Assembly: GCA_015680685.1 (NCBI GenBank)
Contig: MNCI01002813.1
Span: forward strand, 248,001-312,000
DNA: 64,000 bases
Direction of reading: 5' to 3'
DNA from: Gnetum montanum
Taxonomy: Eukaryota; Plantae; Gnetophyta
Both the position numbers and the translations under genes were made by a program. Under the pieces are notes generated by a model, which searched no databases, was not told the DNA's origin, and saw nothing but the letters and a program-made list of their open reading frames with translations. Of this stretch, positions 12,666 to 25,170 are shown piece by piece; the first letter of the stretch is position 1, and every line of letters begins with the position of its first letter.

Positions 12666-13800
12666 ATAATTTCATCCTCGATAAAAAGAGATGAATCTAT
12701 ATATTGGAAGAGCCTTGATAAGAAATTAGAGTCCTCCTTGTGTGATTGAAAAAACAATGTTATTGGGACGTTTTTACCCTTATAGGATTCATAGCATGTC
12801 TTCATGCATCGATCTTTCCTATGCTATGCTTCCATGGGTTGATAGTCTTTGAAGGTGTGTTTTATTACCTTGTACTCTTAGCTTGTAAATTCAATTTCTA
12901 GCCTCATGAGTTGGATCATGAACAAGGTAAGGACAGATCGATTGGAAGGCACCATAATGTTGTCTTTCATATTCCTCCAATGTAACTATTAATTCTTATG
13001 GAGCATGAAGATGAAATTCAAATAGCATGGATATAAATGTGCATATTCCATCCTTATCTAATGTGTTTTTTCACTAGTAGTCCTTTTGGTCTTTTCATAT
13101 TGCTAATTGAAGTCATCAACATGAGCCGGTGACTCATTTTTGCCAAAAGAAGTTAATTAGTAATGCAAAGAAAGTGTACCTTGATATATTATTATTGTTA
13201 TTATTATTTTAGAGGACTTATAACTCGTTATATTTTCCTTTCAATGCTTCTATATGGATTCACTCTTTAACAATACTTAGTGCACCTAGCTAAATTAAGT
13301 TCATAGCAATGACATTAATGATGAGTGGTTGGTAGTCTCTATGCCTAATCTTACTAATTACAAGTGTTCACACATGATCTAATCAAATTCAATGGAATTA
13401 TTTACATAAGTGAACAATATTCCTAAATGGTAAATTATGTAGTTATAAACCATTATCCTCCCAATCCATACTTATGTTAATTAGTGCATATGGTTAAGTG
13501 TAGTTGAGACATAACATATCTATTTTTATAACTTTTATCATGTTATATCCTACTTTCTAAATGATTGAATGAATGAATATTTAATTATTAAATTAACTAA
13601 CTAATTGATTACTCTATTAACTAACTATCCTATATTATTTATTCCCACTTTCTATACATATCCTAAACTTATATTAACACTGTTGGGTTATGAAGTGTAT
13701 TATTAAGCATACCAAGTATCCACTATTGGGATTACCAAGTGTTAATATGTTACGCTTGAAGTGATTGTAGTCATGTGCTTATGAATAATCTTATAAAATA
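12666..13800 (-). mobile_element. 5' UTR and LTR remnant of Athila-like copy G1
   Basis: Reverse complement resembles 17700-18800 (e.g. ttagtgcacctagctaaattaagtt vs actttagttagctaggtgcacta). Confidence 0.6.
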
Positions 13801-14329
13801 TTTGGAAATGTAGATGTACCACATTTTTTCAAAAGACAATTATGTCAAACTCCTTACAACTAACTACTTCAGAAAAAATGCAAATTCTTCAGCAAGTTCA
13901 CTTCCAAATTACATCTCAAGCCCCAAAATTCAAGATGAATGCTAACCAGTTGTTTTTCTTATTGCAGCCATGGAGTCATATTGGAAATCCAAATAATCAC
14001 CATCATCAAGCATTGCTTCAGAAGAAAGTCTCCTAATTAAGTCACAGTTTTCTACACCATTTGGCCCTTTTCCTCTTTCTTTCGTCGTTGTTCTCATTCG
14101 ACAATACACACCCTGGAAAAGTTACACACATTTTAGCAAATGGTTGAACTATGGAATGCATTTCCACACCCTGTGGAATGCTAAGTTTAACTTGTTTCCT
14201 CTATAATCGTCTCCATCAACACAGTTTCTCTTCCTCCTTTCCTCAATCTATATATCTTGAAGTTGCTTATGTACTAAATTTTGTTTTCTATTAATAAAAT
14301 TCTCTTTTTGGGGTCCGACACCCCCCCAT

Positions 14330-14460
14330 NNNNNNNNNNNNNNNNNNNNNNNNNNNNNNNNNNNNNNNNNNNNNNNNNNNNNNNNNNNNNNNNNNNNNNN
14401 NNNNNNNNNNNNNNNNNNNNNNNNNNNNNNNNNNNNNNNNNNNNNNNNNNNNNNNNNNNN
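14330..14460. other. Assembly gap (131 N)
   Basis: Run of n. Confidence 1.
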
Positions 14461-14529
14461 CATTAGCGTCAACATACTTGTGTCAATGCATCAAGCATGC
14501 ATCGATGGGGATACATCGACACAACCTAT

Positions 14530-17230
14530 CTTATTAATGGTTCATCAATATGTAACATAGAAATTTTGATAGAAGAAAAGGAATCATCTACAAAGTTCAT
14601 GTTAAAAAAATTTCTACCTTGATCATCAATTAAAATTTCTTTACTAATATTCTATTATAGATCATAATGTAGATTATGTGAGAAAAAAAAGTCTGCAATA
14701 ATAATAAATAAATAGGAAGCTAGAGGATAATCTTAATAAACTAAATGTTGAATAGAAAAGGAGGAACTTAATTCACAATTAGGAGCAACTAGAGCATGAG
14801 CATCAATGAGTAGGGTATAGACAACATGAATAAAATAATCACTAAATTCTAGTTTACAAAGGTAAGAACCAATAAAATTTCATTCAACTCTGACATAAGA
14901 TTTAGTAAAATATAACTTAATAAAAGTAATATCGTAGTTAATATCAAAAGTCCATTGCATTACCTCTTAAGATATAATAATATTATTTAAGATATTTCTA
15001 CATTCAACAAAACTAGTTTACTCTGATGATATCTTTATTAATCTTTTCAATTTGGAAAGTCATGTATATAGCCAAAATTTTAAAAGTATTGTTAAGAAAA
15101 GTAATAGGCCTCCAATTACCAATATGATGAAGATATCTATTCTTATAAATAAGAAAAATTACATAATTTCATTTTTATTAATATTTTTACTAAGAGAAAT
15201 TTTTTTAATGGCTTCTTAGAAAACATGAAAAATATCATCATCAATAATGTCTTAATGTTTCTTAAAAAATTCATCATAACTTGGACCTTTATCATCTACT
15301 AAACTAAAGGTTGCTTTTTTAGTTTCTTACACTATAATTTCTACTTTAATAATTCTTTGATGTATTTCTATTATAAGATGAGGGATTTATGTACTAGAGG
15401 CCTTGAAGGATTCCTTGCTAAAATCTACAAAATAAAAATAAAAATTATTTACTAAAAAATAATTAATAGTCTTACAATCATTTATATAAAGTGATTCTAG
15501 TGTATGTACTTGACCATTTCCTTTTAGAAATTTAAAAAATTCCTTAAATTTTCATCTTCAAAATTTAGCAAACCCATGCAACTTTTAGTGATAGCACTTT
15601 TAACTTTAAAAACATCCCAACATTTTTTAGCATAACAAGCTTTAGCCATGGCTTTTTAAATTTCCAAATCAAAGAGATTCTACTCAAAAAGAATCTTCAA
15701 ATACTTGATAGATTCTAAAATATCATCTTTGACTTGATGCTTAGGCATAACAAATTACTTTCCAAACCATCTAGCATAATTTCTAACTTTATAAGTAGCT
15801 TATTGCCACTAGTCAATCTAACTAATATCACTGGCAGGCTTTTTTTCTACACTTCATAAAGACTTTAAAATATTTTTTCCACTACCTCCTATGAACATAT
15901 TATCATTTATAAGAAAAAATCTTATGTTTTAGAAAGGATGGAGAATTAATTCTAGAGAGAAAAATGCTAACATGAAAATGGTTTGATAAAGTAGCATTTT
16001 TGTACACTTCTAATTTTCTTATAGGCTTCCAAAAGAAAACATTAAAGATGTAAAATCTATCAAGTCGATAATAAATTCTACCATTTCCTTGTTGATAATA
16101 ATACTAAGCATAATGCTTCTCATTTGAATGATGTGAAAATAAAGAGATAACATTAAAAAGAAAATATTTTTCTTAAAAATTACATCAATCTTCTTTTCCT
16201 TGGAAAGACATATTAGTAGGAATAACATCAAGTTTTTCTAAATGGCTTTCAACCATATTAAAATTACCTCCAATAATTCAATAAAATTTAGGCACATTTA
16301 GAAGATATTTCTAAACCTCTAATTGATCTTTTGAATTATTGGGAGGATAAATATTACATAGTCCAAAGTCTTCATTTTCACTATAGAAAGTAATCCAAAT
16401 AACTCTTCTAAGGTTATCAAAATTAGAATTCAAAAATTTTCTAATCTAGTTTTTATTAATAAGAATAGAAAAACCTACTTTATTAACTTCATGAGTAGCA
16501 AGGAAAAAAATGTATTTTTTAAAAAATTCATTTACTAATAAAATAAATATCATGTACTAAAATATTAATTTCTTATTGCAAAAGAAAATGTGAAGATAAA
16601 TGCTAATTTGGAAGATACTCCTTAGAAATCTTTTCTTGGGATCTATAAGAAAGGATCCAAATATTCCATGATAAAAATAACATTGAGATGTGAAGCATAA
16701 GTTTCCTATTCTTGATTTTTGAAACTCTACATTTATCTCACAATCCATGTCACTAATAGGTAAAAAAGCATTTTTTGATAAAAAAATACATTTGGAATAG
16801 TAGTAGAAGTAAAGACAGTAGGAGATACCTTTGGGGTTATTAAATTAAAAGTAACATCTACAAGCATTTTTGTTTTGTATTGCACTAAGTGAAATTCATA
16901 TGTTTTAATATAATCATTATTGGTCATACTAAAATTTTCTTTTTTATATAGAGAAATTCTGTTTACATATCAAGCGTTTATTGGCATCTTTAGAATTAAA
17001 AGGATTAGTAAAAGTTAAAATATTAATGAAAAAATTTCATTTATACCTACTAAAAATTACTATTAATTATATTTTCTAAAAACTATTCTTTCTTTTCCTC
17101 ACAAACAACTTTTTTATTGAGAATAAGATAGATTTCAATAACATGGTCATAACAAAAATAGCTACAACATCCTCACAAATTATAGTATGTAATGTTTTTG
17201 GAAAAATACTAATTACCAGCCTTGAGTTTT
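14530..17230 (-). mobile_element. Decayed LINE (L1-like) ORF2: APE endonuclease plus N-terminal part of RT
   Basis: Manual minus-strand translation gives RLDRFY (~16060, endonuclease), GNWRPITFLNNTFKILA (15070-15120), TSFVECRNILNNIIIS*EVMQW..IKLYFTKSYVRVE, Y*DYPLASYLFII (RQGCPLSPYLF-like) and FVDD (~14590). Truncated just after the catalytic motif; right boundary approximate. Confidence 0.85.
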
Positions 17231-20200
17231 AATTCTATCTTTCTCTATCATAAATCAGAATTTATAAAATAATATGCATGCTAGACAACTAATGAGTCAT
17301 GGTTTATTGGACCACATCAACATGATTGCATACCCATCAATGCATGGTTTCATGCATTGATGCATATATGTTGATGCAATATCTTGTCTTGCCTATATAA
17401 ATGCATGCAGCCACTACATTTATGGCATTCATTCATTAGTATCTTAGTGAAACTCTTACATTTTATTTCTTTTAGAGTTATTATATTTTCTAAGTGCCTA
17501 TAGTAGGAGTTGAGAAGTGTACGGATCTTTATTTGAGCATTGATGTACGTGGACACCTCAAGGTGAATGGCAATAAAGACAAGCTTTCTCAATAAACCTT
17601 GCAACACTTGGACTGAGCTTAATGTTTATTTGATTCATTTATTATTCATGTAATTTGCTTTAATGAATTAAATTAATAAATTAATTAAGTATGACCATCT
17701 GGGACATATGTTAATGCATGGTAATCCTAGTTGTGCTTAATGCTTGGTAATCGTAGTTGTGCTTAACGCTTGGTAATTGTAGTTGTGCTTAACATGGTAA
17801 CCTAGTAGCATTGCAATGTGTTCAAGATGTCTATGGAAGATGGGAATAAATATTTATGTTATGCTTAGTTAAAGCATTAATTAGTTATTAGATTAATTAG
17901 ATATTTAACTACTTTAATTTTACACTTAGGTAAAGTAGATAAAAACATAAAAATGATACAAATCATATACCTCAATTACACTTAACCATACCATTATGCC
18001 TCACAAGTGGAACTAGGAATACAACGATCATGGCATTGAGATTCACTGCCTATATAAATTGTACTTAGAAAATGAATATCTACAGAATTCAAATAGATCA
18101 CTTAGTGAATGCTAGTGATTCATATGGTTGGACGTAGGGATTGCTTGCTGCTAATCATTAGCACTATCACTAGGGACTTTAGTTAGCTAGGTGCACTATC
18201 TAGGAAGATAGTGAAATTATTCATTCATTTTTGTAAAGTCCTTAACATTAAAATCATTAATCTAACAAAATAAACTAAAATGCACACTATTTTTCAAGAA
18301 CTAAGATGTCTTCTTCTTGCAAGAAAAATTCCATGCTATTGTTCAAGCACACTTTCGATTTAAGGAAAGAAGACCCAAAACCACTTATGCCCTAATAATG
18401 TAGAGTTTTGTACATACATCTATATGCTTACAGTCAAGATTTCACCTTCATCCTACAATAGGATGAATAGATGTGATGGAGGGACATGGAAAACAACATC
18501 ATATTGTCACCCAATCACTCAGTTTGTACTATGCTATTTCACAATCTCATGAGATTGGGCATAGCAAGGCTTAACATTGAATATGTTGCATAGGATCATG
18601 ACTACTGGGATTATCACCCCACTGAAGCACAATGCAAAAGGTATCAGCAAGCAAAAGATTAGCATGAGTTTTCAAAGGGGAAATAGTTCACAAACCCCTT
18701 GTTCCTACTAGGGAAAAAGGAAAGGGAGGATCCTTTTTTTGGGCACTTATTAATATACTAAGTCTCCTCTGCTCCTCAATGAGAAAGCCCTTAATCAGCA
18801 TCTACACTCGACTATAGGCAACCTTGGTTTAGGAAAGAATGAGTCCCATGATCATGAGGGCTCTAAAGAAGGAAGTCAGGGTAGAAGCAACAATAAGTAC
18901 CACAACCATGGTAAACATCATGACCAATGTATAGGGGATAGAAGACAGTACTTTGTTGATGGTCTTCTTTCTTTTTTTCTTTATCATCCTCATCCTCTTT
19001 CTCCTCAACCTTCGATCAAAGTTGTAGATGGAATAGAAATCATAATGGAGGTGACTAGAGGGATAGGGATGATCATAGGTCCCATGAAAATAGTAGATAC
19101 ATGGGGTGTGAGCAATCAAGAGAGGTCCACCATCATGAATAAATGGATAGTAGGGGCATGATCAAAATCATCATCTTCACAAGTGTTATGATTATGATGA
19201 GTCCTTTCTAGCAACCATAAACATGCTCAACATTGTAGATGTTGTAAGGATTCCAACAAGTCATGTGAAAGATAGTTTAATTAAATGATTATACATGAAA
19301 AATATCCCTAAGTTTGAAGGGGGATACAATTCTTATCCATAGAACCATCTTCAAGCCTTTCACCATGCCCATTCCTTACAAAACATTGAAAATGAATGGT
19401 AGAAATTAAAGTTTTTTCAAAGAACACTCATTAAATAGGTTGAAAGTTGGTACTAGTCCTTGGAACTGGAATCCATCCAAAGATGAAGTACGATGCTTGA
19501 ACTCTTTAATGAAAAGTATCAAATGTACTCTAGAGTGTCCAATTTGAGCACATAAATTTAAGATTGAAGAAAAGGAACACATGAATCCTTGGATGCAGCC
19601 ATGATAGATACTACTTTCTCTTGCACCAATGCCCTGGTCATGCTTATTCTTAACAAGAGCAACTATACCATATCATAGATGGACTCCAAACATAAACAAG
19701 AAGAACTCTTGGGGTCTATGCCCAAGGGATACTTTTAGAACTAAGGGTTTATTAAATCTAAATGATAATTATGAAAGTGATTAAAGAAGAAGATGAGTTG
19801 AGAAAAAGGGAAAGTGTAGATTAAGACAACTAGGATTCTTCCTTTCGTAAAAGGAAAGTCCAATTCTATGACAATGAGGAGAAGACATTGATTGATAAAG
19901 TGGTGCAATGAAAACCTTACCAATACAAAAATATTTTTCTCAAATATTAGCTAAGGTAGATAAAATGTGGAACTCTTTAGATGAAAAGTTCCAAGCTACT
20001 CTAAAAATCACCAAGGAGACCAAAGAGCAAAGTAGAGATCATGATTGAAGGAGAAGGAAGAAAGCTAAACATGCCCAATAAAAGGGTAAGGGCAAAGCTA
20101 CTATAGTAGAAGAGGTTGTGGATTTTGAAATAGATGATGAGGATTTGACATTTGCCAATATGAAAATCCTAAAATATGTTACCCTATAATGTCACACTTG

Positions 20201-20769
20201 CAGGAATCTGAGGTGTATACTCTAAATCCTAGATTAGCTAAAAGGAAAGCACCTAGAAGTTTGCCTTATCCTCAAGGCAACTACAAGTAGTTCCATCAGC
20301 AAACTTATTATCTAAGTGGTGTTCCACCTTAACCTCATGAGTAGTACTAGTAGTGACAACACCTACAGTAATGGAGGATGCCACCACCAAGACTATAGTA
20401 CCCTTACTAAGAGCTAGATCCATATGGGTACTATGTTCAAAAGCCCATTTCTCCATGTGACTCTTCTAGTCATGCCTCATTCCAACACCACCACTACCCT
20501 CTTGAGTATTATAGAGCACGATCTCTAAGAGGGGAATCCCTATTTCCACACTACTCTCCTCATCCTTCTAGACCTATACCTGCACCCTCAATTCAATTAC
20601 CACCTACTCCATCCATACAGGTTGAATTCCAACCTAGCTAATGAGTGACAAGTATCCATACACTCAACCATATGAATCACTAAGTATTCACACGTGATCC
20701 AGTCAAGTTCCATGGACTCTGTGTCTTCTAGTACACTAGCCTCTAGGAAGTGAACTTTCCCTAATAGTC

Positions 20770-21530
20770 ATTTTTTCTCTTCCCAATTACACTTGTGATA
20801 TGTAGAGGTATTATTAAGTGTAATTGAGGCATATGATATTTATTATTTTATGTTTTATGTTGTAGGTGCTTAAAATAAAGAATGAAAGGAACGAAGTAAT
20901 TTAATTGCAAATTTAATCTAACTAACTACACCTAAATAATCCTAACATAAGCATCCATTCCCACTTTCCATATACATCTTGAAGACATATAATGTTGTTG
21001 GGTTACCAAACATCAAGCATTACTCAAATTACCAAGCATCATGCTCATACTCAAAGTGTTCATACTTATGTGCTTAATTAAACACTACTTAACCTAGCTT
21101 AGTTTATCCTAATTAATTATTTAATTACTTAAATCATTAAATAAAATTTTTGAAAACATTAAATGCATAAATAAATAATTAATCTATTTCTAAGTGTTGC
21201 AAGGTTTATCAAAAGGCTCATCTTTATTGTCGTTCACACTACTATGCTTAGAAACATCAATGCTTAAATAAAGATCCATACACTTTCTAACTCCTATTGC
21301 AGGCACTCAGAAAAATATTCTAACTCTCAAATGACACAACTGCAAGATCTTTGCTACAACTATGACAAGACTTCCCATAAACATGATGGCTAAGCATGTA
21401 TAGACTTTATTGTGGAGTTGTGTTGATGGGACCTCATAAATGTAGCAAATACTATGTTGACACGACCTCGTCAATGAGGCAACACCATGTTGATAGGGGC
21501 CTATTAATGTGACACTTTGATGCTTCATCA
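20770..21530 (-). repeat. Inverted LTR fragment of the same Athila-like family lying between gag and protease of G2
   Basis: 21190-21330 is the reverse complement of 17470-17610 (aaaccttgcaacactt; gatctttattt(g/a)agcattgatg; taggagtt(g/a)gaa(a)gtgta). Similarity extends to about 18010/20780. Confidence 0.75.
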
Positions 21531-21729
21531 CTAGTCGAAATAAAGAAATTCCACAAGGGTTATTAATTGAGAGTTGACTCTCTAGCCAAGTGGTTCAGAC
21601 AATAAAACTTCAAAAACAACCTTTCTTCTGAACCAACAATCCTACTAAGCCTTCACAAATACTTGTAGCTAATGATCCTACTTCTCCTTCACCCTTCAAA
21701 ACACCACTCAAGATCCCTTTGAACTAAAT

Positions 21730-24700
21730 GCCTTTTAAAGTCCATACTGTAATTTTGACCCATGCAGTCATAGATTGCATAAAGACTAGTTACCTTCCTA
21801 GGAAAAGATTTGATCCTGGGAGTCTCATAATTTACTTGCAAATCACTAAAAATGAGCCTTGTAAGGCTCTTCTAGACTCAAATTTTGGTATGAATTTGAT
21901 CTCTCATGAAATGTACAAATCTTGGAACTTTCCTCCTCTTAAGAAGAGCAACATTCATCTTGAGTTAGCATATCCATCACCATTCCATTGGAATTGGTAA
22001 AGAATATTGTGACCATTTTCTATGGGTGGTCCTATCCTATTGACATCCTAGTGATATGAGTAGATAATTGCAAGTGAGACTTTCCCATTATCATGGGAAA
22101 GACATGTTTGAGTAAAATTAATGTGCTAATGGGCATTAGAGATCTCTCCTTGAAGATTTTTAAGGAAAATGACTTTAAAAAGATAGAGAGAAAGCATGTT
22201 CTATACATCACATACAATGACACAAGATGGCACTATATGAAGAAATTATGGATAGTTAAAAGTACAAAATTTATAGTATGCAAGCAGTGTGCAGATGTCA
22301 TGGAAATCCAAAGGTGCCTATACCTAGCAGCCACAAAATAGGAGGAAACCTAGTGACTAAAAGTTGAATCTTAAAGTAGTTCAATAATATGCATTGAACA
22401 AACTAAGATCCTAACAAGTGCCTATGTTGAAGGCATGGATAGAATCAAGCAAGTTCATCACCAAATCTTCAATGAACATGATGACACTAATTGGGAAGAG
22501 TTGGAAATCCCTTAGAGGTTTAAATAGGAGCCACTTAAGTTAAAAATTCTACTGGTTAGAATAATATATGCTTTTTTGAATAATGGGAAGCTATTCATTA
22601 TCAATGCTAAGCTTGCTCCTAAATAGAAAAAGAAACTATTGGAGGTTATCAACAGATGGCCAATAGCCTTTGCTTGGTCATATTACAAGTTAATTGGAAT
22701 TGATCAAAGGATATGCCAACAAAAAATTTACATAGATTCCTCCATTAAACCAAAGTAGCAGCTGCAAACAATAGTTGAACTCTATCACATTGCAAAGAGT
22801 GAGTGGGTTAAACCACTTGTGATAGTGCTAAAGAAAGGTGGTAAGTGAAGGGCCTATATCAATTTTAGGCTACTGAATATGGCGACATATAAGAACCATT
22901 TTCCATTTTCATTTGTGGACTAGGTGTTGGATGTCATTTCTAGGTATTGTTATTACAACTTTTTGGATGATTCTAGTGACTATAATCAAATTCAAATAGC
23001 ACCAAATGATTAGGTCAAAACTACATTCATGAATCCTAGGGAACTTTTGCTTATAGAAAGATGCCATTTGGCCTATGCAATTTCCATGTTACATTACAAT
23101 GCCTTGTCTTAAGCATATTCCAATAGCAAATTGGTAGCAAGATGGAAGTCTTAATGGATGACTTCTCCATATATGGGGTTGCATTTGAGCAAGCCCTGGA
23201 CTATCTTGAGAAAGTGTTGAAAAGGTGCATGGAGATAACCTTAGGCTCAACTAGCAAGAAAAGTCACTTGATGATGTAGGATGGAATTATTTTGGGACAT
23301 AGAATATCACAAAAAGGAGTTAATGTGGACCCTGAAAAAATAAGGACCATCCAAGGAATTACTAGAAAACTTGAAATAATTAAAGATGTGAGGCCATTCT
23401 TTGGTCACACTAGCTACTATTGCCACTTCATCAAGAATTTCTCTAATATTTCCAAACCATTAGTGCAGCTAACAAAAAAGGATGCTTTGTTCATCTAGAC
23501 CAAGTAATGCAAGCATGCATTCTAGAAGCTCAAGCAAATGCTTGTGGAAACTTCAATTCTATGAGTACCTGACTAGTTTAGATCCTTTTACATCATCACA
23601 AATGCATCAAGTTATGCTTTGGGGATCATGCTCACAAAGCTAAATGATCAAAAACATCCTTATTATATCCACTGTGTGAGTAGACAAATTGTGGATGCAT
23701 ATCTAAATTATACCACCATAGAGAAAGAACTAATGACAATGATGTATGCCTTAGAAAAATTCCAATAGTATGTTCTTTGGTACAAGGTGTTTGTGCACAT
23801 AGATCATAGTGCAATCTAGTTCTTGATGAATAAGACAATAGTAAGACCTAGTGTTATATAATGGATGTTGATCTTGCAAAAGTTCAATATAAAAATGGTA
23901 GATTGAAAGGGGACTAAGCATTTGGTCAATGGTCACTTGTCTTGATTGAGATGGGATAGCAAAGAGGAGAACATCCTACTTTTAGATTAGTTTCCTAATG
24001 AACTCTTCTTTGTTGAAGCTATAATTGAATAATTACCCACTAAAACCAAATGGTATGATGCCATTCCCACCTACCTTCTTACTCAAGAGATGCCATAGGA
24101 GTGGGACAACAAGAAGAAACAATAGTTTCTTCACCAGGAAAAACACTTCATGGAAATCAGTGGACACCTTTACAAGGTGTGCACTAATGCCCTAGTTTGT
24201 TGGTGCATTCCTGATGCTGATCAACTATGTGTTCTTAAAGATGCTCATGAGGACACTTGTCGGGAACATTATTCTGGAAGACATATGACCATTAGGATCC
24301 TAATGGTAGGTTATTATTGGCCAAAAATTTTCAAGGATGCCCACCACTTCATCCTTTCTTGTGAACACTGCCAATGTGATGGTGGGATAACCACTTGTAT
24401 AGAGGTGCCTCAAAAATGGATCCAACCAATAGAGTCCTTCAATATTTGGGGCATTAACTTCAAGGGTCCCATCACACTCATGTCTAATGGAAAATCATAA
24501 ATCATAGTAGCTATTGACTACTGCACCAAATGGATAGAAGCTATGGCTATCACCGATTACACATCTTCCACAATGACTTAGTTTATTCAATAACATGTGG
24601 TAAATAGGTTTGGGGTGCCATGTACACTTATTTCTAATAATGAAACTCACTTTAGATGAACCACCTTTTGAAAGCTCATGTAGTGCTTTGGGGTTGAACT

Positions 24701-25170
24701 TAAACTAACAACACCCTACCATCCCAAGCTAATATTTAAGTGAAAGTTATGAATAGAAAGATTAAAAAGATACTAACAATAATAGTTAGTAGATATAGAA
24801 AGGATTAGAGCACAAAACTCAATGATTTCCTTTGGACCTACTACTCCACTTGAAAGCTTCCTATAGCAAACTCTCCCTATGAGCTTATGTACAAAAAACT
24901 ACCAAATTTTCCCATCCAAGCATAGCTCCATATATTCAAAAGCCTATGACCTTAGAATTAAGAAAGTAAAATTTCAACCAAGAGATAAGGTCTTATATTG
25001 GAATTCCAAATATGTACCACAATGAACTAAGTTTTAAACATTATGGGAGGAGCTTTACATTATCTGTGAAACCTTTCCCTCTAGGACCATGTTAATATAC
25101 AAACCTAAAATGCCAAATAAAAAGTTGCTACTCAACATACAACAAATAAATCATTTTCAAGAACCTAAGA
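21730..25170 (+). pseudogene. Athila-like pol (PR-RT-RH-INT), many stops and frameshifts
   Basis: ORFs 21728, 23292 (GHRISQKGVNVDPEKI..VRPFFGHTSYY) and 24150 (integrase zinc finger and core). Confidence 0.9.

Noticed and set aside
13800-14329. Possible LTR end of another element before the gap
   Set aside because: No partner sequence in the window and it is cut by the N-run, so it cannot be classified.
15500-16000. Possible endogenous viral polymerase in an AT-rich coding-like region
   Set aside because: Flanked in the same orientation by LINE endonuclease (RLDRFY) and RT (NWRPI, FVDD) motifs.
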